A DNA stretch of 64,000 nt from an uncultured Actinomycetes bacterium (GCA_963781435.1 CAWAGR010000025.1:72339-136338); one strand, 5' to 3'. Positions 1 to 9,259 are shown, numbered from the stretch's first letter. Translations and numbers: made by a program. Notes: generated by a model not told the origin, from the sequence alone.

Positions 1-448
1 GATCAGGCACAGGAACGTCGAGCTCGGCGAGCTCGAGCACCATGCGGCCGTTGCGCTCGATCTCGGTGAAGCCCCGGCGGCGCGCGTACTCGAGGCTCGC
101 CTCGTCGTCCTCCTCGATCGACGCCTCGATCGTGTCGAGGCCCTCCGCGGCGCACCACCTCGAAATGTCGCGGTAGAGCGCAGTGCCGGCGCCGCGGCCG
201 CGGTACCGGGTGAGAACGGTGATCGCCGCATGCCCGACATTCGGCCGCCGTGGCTGGATTGCTACGAATCCCGACCCGACGGGCTTCCGGTCGAGAAAGG
301 CGAGGTGGTCCTCGTACGCGAGTGTGCTGCGCTTGAACGACTCGACCTCGTCCATCGTGACCGCGTCGCGAGGCCACACCTCGTTGTAGATCGCGAGGGA
401 CAGCTCATCGTCGTCGCGGCCGACGGTTCGGCGAACGAGGATTCCCAC
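1..448 (-). CDS. GNAT family N-acetyltransferase (C-terminus runs off the left edge)
   Basis: Minus-strand frame has no stop inside the window, so it is absent from the ORF track. It reads ...LAFLDRKPVGSGFVAIQPRRPNVGHAAITVLTRYRGRGAGTALYRDISRWCAAEGLDTIEASIEEDDEASLEYARRRGFTEIERNG... and contains the R-x-x-G-x-G/A acetyl-CoA loop. GTG start at 446-448 (alternative GTG at 470-472). Confidence 0.75.
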   Translation of the reverse strand, partial: MGILVRRTVGRDDDELSLAIYNEVWPRDAVTMDEVESFKRSTLAYEDHLAFLDRKPVGSGFVAIQPRRPNVGHAAITVLTRYRGRGAGTALYRDISRWCAAEGLDTIEASIEEDDEASLEYARRRGFTEIERNGRMVLELAELDVPVPD

Positions 449-490
449 CAGGCAATGGTAAGACTCGAGCACAGGACACCTGGCCGGGCA

Positions 491-516
491 TGGAGGCGGC
501 GGGAATCGAACCCGCG
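491..516 (-). repeat. 26-bp exact copy of the 3' end (T-arm plus acceptor strand) of the tmRNA gene; att-like site
   Basis: tggaggcggcgggaatcgaacccgcg at 491-516 is identical to 1718-1743 in the same orientation. Identity ends abruptly on both sides. Confidence 0.85.
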
Positions 517-548
517 GAACATGCCTACCCTCCCGCGGGTTCGACTCC
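502..548. repeat. Inverted repeat: two opposed T-arm-like segments (16-nt arms, 15-nt spacer)
   Basis: The reverse complement of 502-517 (ggaatcgaacccgcgg) matches 533-548 (ccgcgggttcgactcc) at 15/16 positions. Confidence 0.7.
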
Positions 549-556
549 GTCCTGCA

Positions 557-1337
557 TCAACGGTTCGCCGTCCCAGGGGTCTCGCTCGTCTGCGATGGCG
601 TCGCGACGTCGGTTTGCGAAACGCCGCCGGTCGAGCGGATCGACGTCGCCTCGTCCACTCGGGCTGGGTAGAACATCAGCCAGACCACTCCGCCAACCAG
701 GCCCCCGACGAGCGGCCCGACGAGGTAGATCCAGAGATCGTCGAAGCTCCAGTTGAAGAGGGCGGGGTCGAGCGATCTCGCGGGGTTGAACGAGCCGCCG
801 GACGCCGGACCGATCGCGTCCGCCGCCGTGAAGATGAAGAGCCCGATCAGGAGAGGCGCCATCACACCTTTCCAGGGCGCGCGGTCATCTGTCGCGACCG
901 TGCAGATCACGATCACGAACAGGGCCGTCGCGATCAGCTCCAGCAGGAGTGCACCCCCGTTCGAAATGCCGAGACCAGGAGCAGTGTCGAGCGCGTCGAC
1001 CGCGAGGCTCCGAGTACACCACCGCGATTACGAGAACGGAGACGAAGCCCCCGACGAGCTGCGCCGCCCAGTACGGGACCAGCTCCTTGGGGGGGAATTT
1101 CCGCGCCGCGACGAGGCCGAGGGACACGGCCGGGTTGAAGTGGCCGCCCGAGATCTGTCCGAGCCCCCCGATCGCAAGCGCGAGGCCGAGGCCGAACGCG
1201 AACGCGATCCCCAGGGTGCTTATTGCCCCGCCGCCGATGTCGACCGAAACGGCGATCGCGTTGAAGCCGAGGAAGAAGAAAAGAAACGTACCCAGCGCCT
1301 CCGCTCCGAGGCGCAAACCAAGCGGTGACGAGTCCAT
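557..1337 (-). pseudogene. MIP/aquaporin-family channel, reading frame broken by one indel near 1010
   Basis: ORF 885-1337 gives the N-terminal half with the first NPA box (GGHFNPAVSL). ORF 557-916 gives the C-terminal half with the second NPA box (GGSFNPARSL). The C-terminal frame stays open upstream (SLAVDALDTAPGLGISNGGALLLELIATALFVIV) and meets the N-terminal frame at VVYS. A strong RBS (AAAGGAGGTG) precedes the ATG at 1337. Confidence 0.85.
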
Positions 1338-1678
1338 CTACGCACCTCCTTTTGACGAGACCCCGTCTCTCCGCCCCGAAGAGTAAGCAGGCGGGCCGGA
1401 TGGACGATGGTGTTCCAGCCTGGCCACCCGGATCGCGCGGTCAGAACTTTGGCGCGCTGACCACTTCACCACAGCCCGTCGTACGTCCGGGCGGCGACGA
1501 ACCAGCCGCCGCGATCAGGCCCAGCCGCACTCGAACGGAATGGTTCGGACGAACCGGATAGCGTTCCGATCGACAACCGACCTCAAGTCTTGCATTCCAC
1601 CATTCGCCGCCGCGCCCGACATGTGCGGGCGCGGCTCGCGTCGGTCGAGGGTCCGCACGAGCCAGGCAAGAAACGGAA

Positions 1679-1699
1679 GGGCCGCCCGAAGGGCGGCCC
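1679..1699 (-). terminator. Hairpin terminator 18 nt downstream of ssrA
   Basis: GGGCCGCCC-gaa-GGGCGGCCC (9-bp GC stem), followed on the minus strand by ttccgtttctt. Confidence 0.6.
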
Positions 1700-1717
1700 G
1701 AGTTTCGTGCCGGTGAG

Positions 1718-2082
1718 TGGAGGCGGCGGGAATCGAACCCGCGTCCGCGGACGCACCGGACAGAGCGTCTACAAGCTTAGGCCGCGATTTGCGTTTCGCC
1801 CGGACGGCCGGTTCGCGACCGACCTACCGCCGGGCTAGTCACCCTTTGGTCTCGCGCCGCCGGCGGTTGACTCTCCTTTGGCGCCAGCCCGTTTTCTGAT
1901 GCCGCTTTCCCGAACCACGGGCCGAGTTCGGGGCGACACGTCAGCTAGTCAGTGACTAGGCGACGAGTGCGAGATCTGGCTCCGCACTTGCTTGTTTTTT
2001 CCGGTTGTTTTACGAGGCCGACCGGAAACCTCGGCTTGCAGCTCTGCCGGAGAACCGACCACGTCGAAACCATGGCGCCCCC
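1718..2082 (-). ncRNA. ssrA: tmRNA (transfer-messenger RNA)
   Basis: The 5' end is GGGGGCGCCATGGTTTCGAC and the 3' end is GACGCGGGTTCGATTCCCGCCGCCTCCA. The 7-bp acceptor stem has a G3:U pair. A PK1-like pairing (TTCCGG/CCGGAA) precedes an A-rich tract and a GCA resume codon. The tag ORF GCA AGT GCG GAG CCA GAT CTC GCA CTC GTC GCC TAG encodes ASAEPDLALVA. smpB lies just upstream. Confidence 0.93.
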
Positions 2083-2223
2083 GTATGTGTTTCGCCACAG
2101 CATAGCCCTCATCCCCATCGGGCTCAGCCGCGCTCCCGGGCCGACCCACGCGCCCCGGCGGGGAGCAGGGGTCTGCCTATACTCGCCGCAGGCCATTTCA
2201 ACTCAGGAAGCAGGGAGGAAACC

Positions 2224-2811
2224 ATGCCCAGGATCCTGATCGTCGCGGGGGACGCCGCGGAGTCGCTCGAGGTCATGTACCCGTACCAGCGACTGCTCGA
2301 GGAGGGCTACGAGGTGCACGTCGCCGCCCCCTCCAAGAAGAAGCTCCAGTTCGTCGTCCATGACTTCGTCGAGGGCTACGACACCTACACCGAGAAGCCG
2401 GGCTACACGATGGACGCCGACCTCGCGTTCGCGGACGTCGACCCGTCGGACTACGTCGCGCTGGTGGTTCCGGGCGGCCGGGCGCCCGAGTACATTCGCA
2501 ACGACCCGGACTTCCGCCGGATCGTCCGGCAGTTCTTTGCCGACGACAAGCCGGTCGCGCAGCTCTGCCACGCGCCGCTGGCGCTCGCCGCCGCCGGCGT
2601 GCTCGAAGGGCGACGGACAGCCGCCTACCCGGCGCTCGAGCCCGACGTGATCGCAGCGGGCGCGGAGTACGTCGACGGCGCGGCCGTGGTCGACGGCGTC
2701 ATGGTCTCGGCGCGCGCCTGGCCCGACCATCCGGCGTGGATGCGCGAGTTCGTGCGGCTGCTGCGAGAGCACGCACCCGCCGAGACACGCGAGGAGGCGC
2801 TCACGACCTAG
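2224..2811 (+). CDS. DJ-1/PfpI family protein (type-1 glutamine amidotransferase-like)
   Basis: MPRILIVAGDAAESLEVMYPYQRL...VVPGGRAPEY...VAQLCHAPLALAAAGVL, showing the nucleophile-elbow Cys-His. A GGAGG-type RBS precedes the ATG at 2224. Confidence 0.8.
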   Translation: MPRILIVAGDAAESLEVMYPYQRLLEEGYEVHVAAPSKKKLQFVVHDFVEGYDTYTEKPGYTMDADLAFADVDPSDYVALVVPGGRAPEYIRNDPDFRRIVRQFFADDKPVAQLCHAPLALAAAGVLEGRRTAAYPALEPDVIAAGAEYVDGAAVVDGVMVSARAWPDHPAWMREFVRLLREHAPAETREEALTT

Positions 2812-2819
2812 ATCGTTGA

Positions 2820-3272
2820 TTAGCGGCGTGCCTTGAGCTCGCGCTCCATCTGGCGCTTCGCCTCGCGGTCGGCGACCGTCCGCCGCTTGTCGCGGACGTC
2901 CTTGCCGCGGGCGAGCGCCAGCTCGACCTTCACGCGGCCGTCCTTGAAGTAGAGCCTGGTCGGGACGAGGGTGAGGCCCTTCTCGCGCACCTGCGCGTAG
3001 AGCCGCTCGATCTCACGCCGGTGGAGGAGCAGCTTGCGCGGCCGCGTCGGCTCGTGGTTCGCGGTGCCTCCCTGGTCGTAGATGGCGATCTCGGCGCCGT
3101 TCAGCCACACCTCGCCGTCGCGGACGTCCGCGTAGGACTGGGCGAGCGTCGCCCGGCCGGCCCGCAGCGACTTCACCTCCGTGCCGGTCAGGACGATGCC
3201 CGCCTCGACCCGGTCGAGGAGCTGGTAGTCGTGCCGCGCCCGACGGTTGTCCGCGATCAGCTTCTCGGACAT
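2820..3272 (-). CDS. smpB: SsrA-binding protein SmpB
   Basis: 150 aa: [34 protein letters not shown]...[11 protein letters not shown]...[26 protein letters not shown], with a basic C-terminal tail. Confidence 0.93.
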   Translation of the reverse strand: MSEKLIADNRRARHDYQLLDRVEAGIVLTGTEVKSLRAGRATLAQSYADVRDGEVWLNGAEIAIYDQGGTANHEPTRPRKLLLHRREIERLYAQVREKGLTLVPTRLYFKDGRVKVELALARGKDVRDKRRTVADREAKRQMERELKARR

Positions 3273-3348
3273 CTTCTAGGGCGATTGTAGGGTCGGATCA
3301 GGGAGATGCCGGATCGACACCCGACCCGGCGCGCGGCACGCTGGAGCC

Positions 3349-4428
3349 ATGACAGAGACAGCCACATACAGAGAGCTGCGCCGGAGCCGCTCCGACCGGA
3401 TGCTCGGCGGCGTTGCCGGCGGGCTCGGCGAGTACTTCAACGTAAACCCGGCGTTCTACCGCGTCGGCTTCGTCCTGCTCGCCCTGCTGGGCGGGGCGGG
3501 CATCCTCGTCTACGGCGCCTGCCTGCTCGTGATTCCCAGCGAGGGCGAGCAGGACTCGATCGCGACAGACGCGTTGCGCAACCACCGCAGCCGGCCGGCC
3601 GCGCTCGTCGGGCTCGTGCTCGTCGCGGTCGCCGGCATCGCGCTCCTCTCGCACGTCAGCTTCCGCTTCGGCAACGACCTGCTGTGGATCGTCGTGCTCG
3701 TCGTCGGCAGCTCGATCCTGATGTCGCAATGGCAGCGGCGCTCCGCGACGCCCCCGGCCGCGACGCCGCTGCCGCCCCGCGAGTCCGGCGCGGCGACGAC
3801 CGTGGCCGTGTCCGCGCCGCCGCTTCCACCGCCGCCGCGCGGTCCGTCGCCGTTCCTGCTCGCCCTCGGCGGCCTCGTCGTCGCCGGCGGCGTGCTCGGC
3901 CTGCTGGCCGCGGCGGGGGTCGACGTGCCCTGGGCGGTCGCGCTCGGCGTGGCGGCTGTCGCCGTCGGCATCGGCGTCGTGGCCGGCGCCGTCAACCGCC
4001 GGCGCGTCGGCTGGCTCGCGGCCCTCGGAATCCTGCTCGCCCTCGCGGCGATCGTCGCCGGCACCGTCCGTCTCCACCTCGATGACGGGATCGGTGAGGA
4101 CACCTACCGCCCGACTACGACCGCCGAGCTCCAGCGCGACTATCGCCTCGGCATCGGCAACCTCCAGCTCGACCTCTCCGACCTGGCCGTCGAGCCGGGG
4201 CTGACCCGCATCGAGGCGCACCTCGGCGTCGGCGACCTCAACGTGATCGTCCCGAGCGGCGTCGCTGTGCACGTGCTGACCCACGTGAACTGGGGCGACA
4301 CCGAGGTCCTCGGGCGCCACGACGACGGCCACGACATCACGACCGAGGTCGGCCCGAGCAAGGCGCCCCTCGAGCTCGACCTGCACGTGGGCGCGGGCCA
4401 GATCGAGGTGACACGAGCCGTACGATGA
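3349..4428 (+). CDS. PspC-domain membrane protein with LiaF-like C-terminal domain
   Basis: N-terminal PspC motif (LRRSRSDRMLGGVAGGLGEYFNVNPAFYRVGFVLLALLGG), several TM segments, and a C-terminal beta-rich LQLDLSDLAVEPG...GVGDLNVIVPSGVAVHV... Its stop overlaps the next start (ATGA at 4425-4428). Confidence 0.75.
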   Translation: MTETATYRELRRSRSDRMLGGVAGGLGEYFNVNPAFYRVGFVLLALLGGAGILVYGACLLVIPSEGEQDSIATDALRNHRSRPAALVGLVLVAVAGIALLSHVSFRFGNDLLWIVVLVVGSSILMSQWQRRSATPPAATPLPPRESGAATTVAVSAPPLPPPPRGPSPFLLALGGLVVAGGVLGLLAAAGVDVPWAVALGVAAVAVGIGVVAGAVNRRRVGWLAALGILLALAAIVAGTVRLHLDDGIGEDTYRPTTTAELQRDYRLGIGNLQLDLSDLAVEPGLTRIEAHLGVGDLNVIVPSGVAVHVLTHVNWGDTEVLGRHDDGHDITTEVGPSKAPLELDLHVGAGQIEVTRAVR

Positions 4429-5503
4429 GCGCGATGCCCTTCGCGCTCCGCCGCAGCGAGCACGACCGTGTCGTCGCGGGCGTCTGCGCGGGCATCGCGG
4501 AGTCGATCGGCGTCGACCCGACGCTCGTCCGGCTCGTGTTCACGGTCCTCGCGCTCGCCGGCGGCGCGGGGATCGTCCTCTACGCGGCGGCGTGGCTTGC
4601 GATGACCGGCAAGGGCTGGCTCGCGATCGTCGCGCTCGTCGCCGCAGCCGGGCTGGGTCTCCGCGGGCTCGGCCTCTCGGCCGGCGCCGCGACCGCGCTC
4701 GTGCTGATCGCGGCCGGCTTCGGGCTGATCTGGTGGCGCAGCGGCTCGCTGCGCCCCGGCGCGCCGCTGCCGATCGCCGGGCTCGGGCTCGTCGCGCTCG
4801 GCACGGCGGTCTTGCTCGCGGGCGGCGGCTCCTCGTCCTCGTTCCTCGCACCGGGGGCGATCGGCGGCGCGCTGCTGCTGATCGTCGGGCCATGGCTGTG
4901 GCAGCTCGCGGTCGAGCGCGACGCCGAGCGCACCGCGCGCATCCGCTCCGACGAGCGCGCAGAAGTCGCCGCGCGCGTGCACGACTCGGTGCTCCAGACG
5001 CTGGCGCTGATCCAGCGCCACGCCGACGAGCCACGTCGCGTCGCGTCGCTCGCACGACGGCAGGAGCGCGAGCTGCGCGGCTGGCTCTACGGCGACGGAG
5101 CGACCGGCGCGGACACGCTCGCGCGCGCGCTCGCCGATGCCGGCGGGCGAGGTCGAGGAGCTGCACGGCGTGCGCGTCGAGCTCGCGCATGGCGGCGACT
5201 GCGATCTCGACGACGCCTTGCAGCCGCTGGTGCTCGCTGCGCGGGAGGCGATGGCGAATGCCGCCAAGTTCTCCGGAGCGGACGAGATCGCCGTGTACGC
5301 CGACGTCGACGAGGAGCGCGCGAGTGTCTTCGTCCGGGACCGCGGGGCCGGCTTCGTTCGCGCCAGACGTCCCGGATGACCGGCGTGGCCTGGCCGAGTC
5401 GATCGAGGGCCGCATGGCACGCGCCGGCGGCACCGCCGTCGTCACCTCCACGCCCGGCGAGGGCACCGAGGTCGAGCTGACGCTGCCGAGGAGCGCCGCA
5501 TGA
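4425..5503 (+). pseudogene. PspC-domain sensor histidine kinase (LiaS/NarX-like); frame broken near 5140-5147 and 5355-5360
   Basis: Frame 0 carries the PspC motif (LRRSEHDRVVAGVCAGIAESIGVDPTLVRLVFTVLALAGG) and the H-box (ERAEVAARVHDSVLQTLALIQRH). Frame +1 (ORF 5137-5379) carries the ATPase N-box region (LVLAAREAMANAAKFSGADEIAVYADVDEERASVFVRDRGAGF). Frame +2 carries the end (RRGLAESIEGRMARAGGTAVVTSTPGEGTEVELTLP). Confidence 0.8.
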
Positions 5504-6135
5504 CCGTCCGGGTCGTCCTCGTCGACGACCACGAGCTCTTCCGCGCGGGCGTGCGCGGCGAGCTCGGCGCAAAGGTCGAGATCGTGGGCGAGGCCGGAAG
5601 CGTCGCCGAGGCCGTGCCGCTGATCAAGGAGACCGACCCGGACGTCGTGCTGCTCGACGTGCACCTGCCGGACGGCGGCGGCGAGGCCGTGATCGTGGGC
5701 GTCGCGCTCGAGCGCCCCGGTGTGAAGTTCCTCGCGCTGTCGGTGTCGGACGCGGCCGAGGACGTGATCGGCGTGATCCGCGCCGGCGCCCGCGGCTACG
5801 TGACGAAGACGATCTCCGCCGACGAGCTCGCCGACGCCGTCCGGCGCGTGTCGGAGGGCGACGCGGTGTTCTCGCCCCGCCTCGCGGGCTTCGTGCTCGA
5901 TGCGTTCCGTGCCGGCGAGCGCGTGCACAGCGACACCGAGCTGGACGAGCTGACCGCCCGCGAGCGCGAGGTGCTCCAGCTGATCGCGCGCGGCTACCGC
6001 TACAAGGAGATCGCCGCGCGGCTTCATCTCTCGGTCAAGACCGTCGAGAGCCACGTCTCGAACGTCCTGCGCAAGCTCCAGCTCTCCTCACGCCACGAGC
6101 TGACGCGCTGGGCGGCCGAGAGGCGGCTGATCTGA
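5500..6135 (+). CDS. LuxR/NarL-family response regulator
   Basis: Receiver domain (VRVVLVDDHELFRAGV...DVVLLDVHLPDGGG) plus a C-terminal HTH (LTAREREVLQLIARGYRYKEIAARLHLSVKTVESHVSNVLRKL). ATGA overlap with the kinase gene. Confidence 0.92.
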   Translation: MTVRVVLVDDHELFRAGVRGELGAKVEIVGEAGSVAEAVPLIKETDPDVVLLDVHLPDGGGEAVIVGVALERPGVKFLALSVSDAAEDVIGVIRAGARGYVTKTISADELADAVRRVSEGDAVFSPRLAGFVLDAFRAGERVHSDTELDELTAREREVLQLIARGYRYKEIAARLHLSVKTVESHVSNVLRKLQLSSRHELTRWAAERRLI

Positions 6136-6226
6136 GCGCCGGCCACCAGAGCTCGACGTCGACCGGCACGCCGTTCCTGCACCGGTACTGGACGCGATCG
6201 TCTATCCGGGCGGCCGCCGATCCGAC

Positions 6227-6264
6227 GGCTGGAGGCGCCTGCGGGATTGCAGGCGCCTCCAGCC
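6227..6264. terminator. 16-bp perfect hairpin between convergent genes (bidirectional terminator candidate)
   Basis: ggctggaggcgcctgc-gggatt-gcaggcgcctccagcc. No U-tract on either strand. Confidence 0.6.
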
Positions 6265-6269
6265 TCGGT

Positions 6270-8603
6270 CTACATCCCTGCTGCCTTGAGCGCGGCCCGC
6301 ACGCGGGCCGGCGTCATCGGCGCCTGGCGGAGCCGAACACCCGTCGCGTCGAAGAACGCGTTCGCGATCGACGGCGGCGTGACGCGGGTCATCCCCTCGC
6401 CTGCCGGACCGGGCGGGTTGCCCGGCGCGTTGTTCACCGCAAGGACGTCGATCCGCTCCGGGACCTCCGTCGCGTTCAGGATCGGGTACGTGATCCAGTC
6501 GATGCTCGTCACCGACCTCGGCGAGAACCGCACTTCCTCCTTCAGCGTGCGGCTCGCGGCCTGGATGAAGTTGCCCTCCATCACGTTGCGGAGGCCGTCC
6601 GGGTTGATCACCTGACCGACGTCCGTCGCCATCAAGACGCGCTTGAGCTTGATCTTCCCCGTCTTCCGCGTGACCTCCAGCTCGGTGATGATCGCGCCGA
6701 TGTGCTCGCCGCGGAACTGGTACGCGATGCCGCGACCGGTGAGCACGTCAGCCGTCTTGTCCACCTTGCTGGCCGCCCGACGCGGATCCCAGCCCCACTT
6801 CGCCCCCGCCGCCTTCAGGACGTCCACGTCCCGGGTGTTGGCGGCAAGGTGATTGATGCGGAACTGGATCGGATCGGCACCCGCCGCGTACGCCAGCTCG
6901 TCCATGAACTGCTCCGAGGCGAAGGCCGTCTGCGGGCCTTGCGGATCGCGCATGTGCGAGCTCCGCAGCGGATTCGCCATCGGCAGGAAGGTCTCGACGA
7001 TGTCGGCCCTCACGCGCTTGTTCGCGAACACGTAGCGGTCCGCCGGCGTGCCGGACGTGTTCCGCTGCGGCCGGGTGAAGCCGAGGGCCATCCCCACCAG
7101 CGTGTCGCCGGCGGCATCGCCGCTCGTCCCGACCTCCTGGCCGGAGACGCCCTTCCAGTAGAAGTCGAACGCAGTGGTCTTGCCGGTCGCGTCGAGGCCG
7201 CCGCGCATCGTGATGATCGTCGCCGGGCCCTTCGGGTCCCACGCGATCCCCTCGTGACGCATCCACTGGAGCCTGACCGGCTGGCCGATCTGCTTCGCGA
7301 TCCACGCCGCCTCGAGCGTCGCGTCGTCGGCGTCGCCGCGACCGTACGAGCCCGGCCCCATCTGCCAGATGACCCGCACGTGATCCTTCGGCATTCGGAG
7401 GAGGTCGGCGACGCCGTTCTGGACCTGGTGCGGCTTCTGCGTCCCGCTCCAGACCGTGATCATGTCGGTCGCCTTGTCGTAGCTCGCAAGCCCGCCACCC
7501 GGCGCCATTCCTGCGTGCGACTGGAGCGGCCACAGGTACTCGGCCGTAACGACCTTCGCCGCGCTTGCGATCGCCGTGTCGACGTTGCCGGTGTTCGTCG
7601 CGGTCGAGCTGTTCCGCGGCTTCTGGGCGCGGATCCAGTCGTAGAGGCCGGCGGTCGTCGTGAACGGCGGAGTCGTCGGCTTCGACCACGTGACGTCGAG
7701 CGACTGCGCCGCCGCGATCGCCTGCTCCTCGCGTTCGGCCACGACCACGACAAAGTGGTTCCCCATCGGCAGCACGCGCACGAGACCGTTGATCTTCTGC
7801 TTGAAGCCGTTGATCTTCACGAGCGTCGAACCGGCGTCGGTCGGGCGGATCACGCGGGCGTGGAGCATGCCCGGGAGCCTCGCGTCGACGTTGAAGTTGT
7901 ACTTCCCGAACACCTTGTCGGGGATGTCGATGCGCGGCACCGACGAGCCGACGATGTGGTGCGTGGCGGGGTTCTTCGGCGTCGCGACGCCCTGGGCCGT
8001 GAGCCCGTTCCCGAAGGCCATGTTGCTCTGCACGGTGGTGTTGAAGAGCTGCCCGCCGAGGAGCTGGCCGTACGTGATCGTCGCGCCGCTGCTCGAACGG
8101 ACGACTCCCTCCTTCACGGTGAGCTGAGACGCAGGCACACCGAGCTTCGTCGCGGCGGCCGCGACGAGAACACGGCGCGCTTCCGCGGCCATGTTGCGGA
8201 CAGGCGGCCCACCGCCGGTGACGCCCGTCGAGCCCGACGCGCCGCCCTGGTGCGGCGACTGCGCGGTGTCACCGACAACGCTCTTCACCTGCTTGAAGGT
8301 CAGGTCCATCTCCTCGGCGACGATCTGGCGGAACGTCGTTTCGAGGCCCTGCCCGAGGTCGGTCTTGCCATGGAACACGGTCACCGTGTTGTCGGGGTGC
8401 ACCGCGATCCACGAGTCGAGGCGCCTCGGATCGACATCCGGCCACGACGTAACCGGAACGGCCGTCGCCGCGCCCTTGGCCATGGTCGGAGCGCCGAGGT
8501 AGACGAAGAGCATGCCGCCCCCGGCGACCTTGAGGAAGTCGGTGCGGTTGAAGGTGCGGTTCGTGGTGTTGGAATCACTCATGGTCGTCATCTCCTCACG
8601 CAA
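6270..8603 (-). CDS. Molybdopterin-dependent oxidoreductase, large subunit (aldehyde oxidase/IorB-like)
   Basis: 777-aa ORF with an N-terminal signal-like segment (NRTDFLKVAGGGMLFVYLGAPTMAKGAA). It is paired with a [2Fe-2S] subunit directly upstream. The ORF-track start is TTG at 8603; the ATG at 8582 has better GAGGAG spacing. Confidence 0.75.
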   Translation of the reverse strand: MREEMTTMSDSNTTNRTFNRTDFLKVAGGGMLFVYLGAPTMAKGAATAVPVTSWPDVDPRRLDSWIAVHPDNTVTVFHGKTDLGQGLETTFRQIVAEEMDLTFKQVKSVVGDTAQSPHQGGASGSTGVTGGGPPVRNMAAEARRVLVAAAATKLGVPASQLTVKEGVVRSSSGATITYGQLLGGQLFNTTVQSNMAFGNGLTAQGVATPKNPATHHIVGSSVPRIDIPDKVFGKYNFNVDARLPGMLHARVIRPTDAGSTLVKINGFKQKINGLVRVLPMGNHFVVVVAEREEQAIAAAQSLDVTWSKPTTPPFTTTAGLYDWIRAQKPRNSSTATNTGNVDTAIASAAKVVTAEYLWPLQSHAGMAPGGGLASYDKATDMITVWSGTQKPHQVQNGVADLLRMPKDHVRVIWQMGPGSYGRGDADDATLEAAWIAKQIGQPVRLQWMRHEGIAWDPKGPATIITMRGGLDATGKTTAFDFYWKGVSGQEVGTSGDAAGDTLVGMALGFTRPQRNTSGTPADRYVFANKRVRADIVETFLPMANPLRSSHMRDPQGPQTAFASEQFMDELAYAAGADPIQFRINHLAANTRDVDVLKAAGAKWGWDPRRAASKVDKTADVLTGRGIAYQFRGEHIGAIITELEVTRKTGKIKLKRVLMATDVGQVINPDGLRNVMEGNFIQAASRTLKEEVRFSPRSVTSIDWITYPILNATEVPERIDVLAVNNAPGNPPGPAGEGMTRVTPPSIANAFFDATGVRLRQAPMTPARVRAALKAAGM

Positions 8604-9060
8604 TCCCGGCTGCGCGCTTGATGGCGCGGATGTAGCGCATGTGCGTTCCGCAGCGGCACTGGAGGCTCGCGAGCTCCTGACGGATCTGCGTCTCGGTCGG
8701 AACCGCCACCCGCCCGAGAAGCGCAGCGCCCGTCATGATGAACCCGTTCTGGCAGTAGCCGCATTGCGACGCCTGGGTCTCGATGAACGCGGTCTGGATG
8801 GGATGCGGGTTCGCGAGCGTCCCCAGGCCCTCGAGCGTCGTCACCTTCTGGCCCACGACACTCGCCACGGGCGTGATGCACGAGCGGATCGCCTTGCCGT
8901 TCAGATGCACGGTGCACGCACCGCACTGCGCAAGACCGCAGCCGAACCGCGGCCCGTGCAGCTGCATTTCGTTTCGGAGCACATAGAGCAGCGGTGTGTC
9001 TGCCGACGCTGTGGCCTGATGAGTCTGGCCGTTGACGGAGATGGTCAGTTTGCTTGCCAT
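8596..9060 (-). CDS. (2Fe-2S)-binding small subunit of the Mo-oxidoreductase (IorA-like)
   Basis: 154 aa carrying both cluster motifs: GCGLAQCGACTV and CGYCQNG...CRCGTH. GAAGGAGG RBS precedes the ATG at 9060. The 8-nt overlap with the large-subunit ORF applies if that ORF starts at TTG 8603. Confidence 0.88.
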   Translation of the reverse strand: MASKLTISVNGQTHQATASADTPLLYVLRNEMQLHGPRFGCGLAQCGACTVHLNGKAIRSCITPVASVVGQKVTTLEGLGTLANPHPIQTAFIETQASQCGYCQNGFIMTGAALLGRVAVPTETQIRQELASLQCRCGTHMRYIRAIKRAAGIA

Positions 9061-9162
9061 GTGTGTGGCGCCCTCCTTCGTCCCTAGCGGTGTGGAAGCG
9101 ACACCTGCCACGCGAAAAGACCGACCAGCCAGCACGTTCTCAGACGCGGCGAGTGTGCGGCG

Positions 9163-9191
9163 ATCGTAGGTGCGCCCCCATGTCGTCGCAA
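9163..9191 (-). promoter_or_regulatory. Candidate sigma70-type promoter for the Fe-S/Mo oxidoreductase pair
   Basis: Minus strand reads TTGCGA-17 nt-TACGAT about 100 nt upstream of the ATG at 9060. Pattern match only. Confidence 0.3.
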
Positions 9192-9259
9192 TGGAGACTT
9201 GGCTCAAGATTCCTTGCGGATAGGCGCCACTCGCGCGCGCCGGCGCGGCCGGACGCAAC

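Noticed and set aside
491-560. Possible independent tRNA gene, suggested by the T-arm/acceptor-like sequence.
   Set aside because: Only the 3' 26 nt look tRNA-like. There is no matching 5' acceptor strand (GGAGGCG), D-arm or anticodon arm upstream on the minus strand. The plus-strand T-loop-like copy at 533-548 has a mismatched stem. It is better explained as a duplicated ssrA end.
9061-9162. Leader of the Mo-oxidoreductase operon as a possible Moco riboswitch.
   Set aside because: No recognisable Moco-motif core was found by eye, and the leader is only ~100 nt. It cannot be supported without a covariance-model search.
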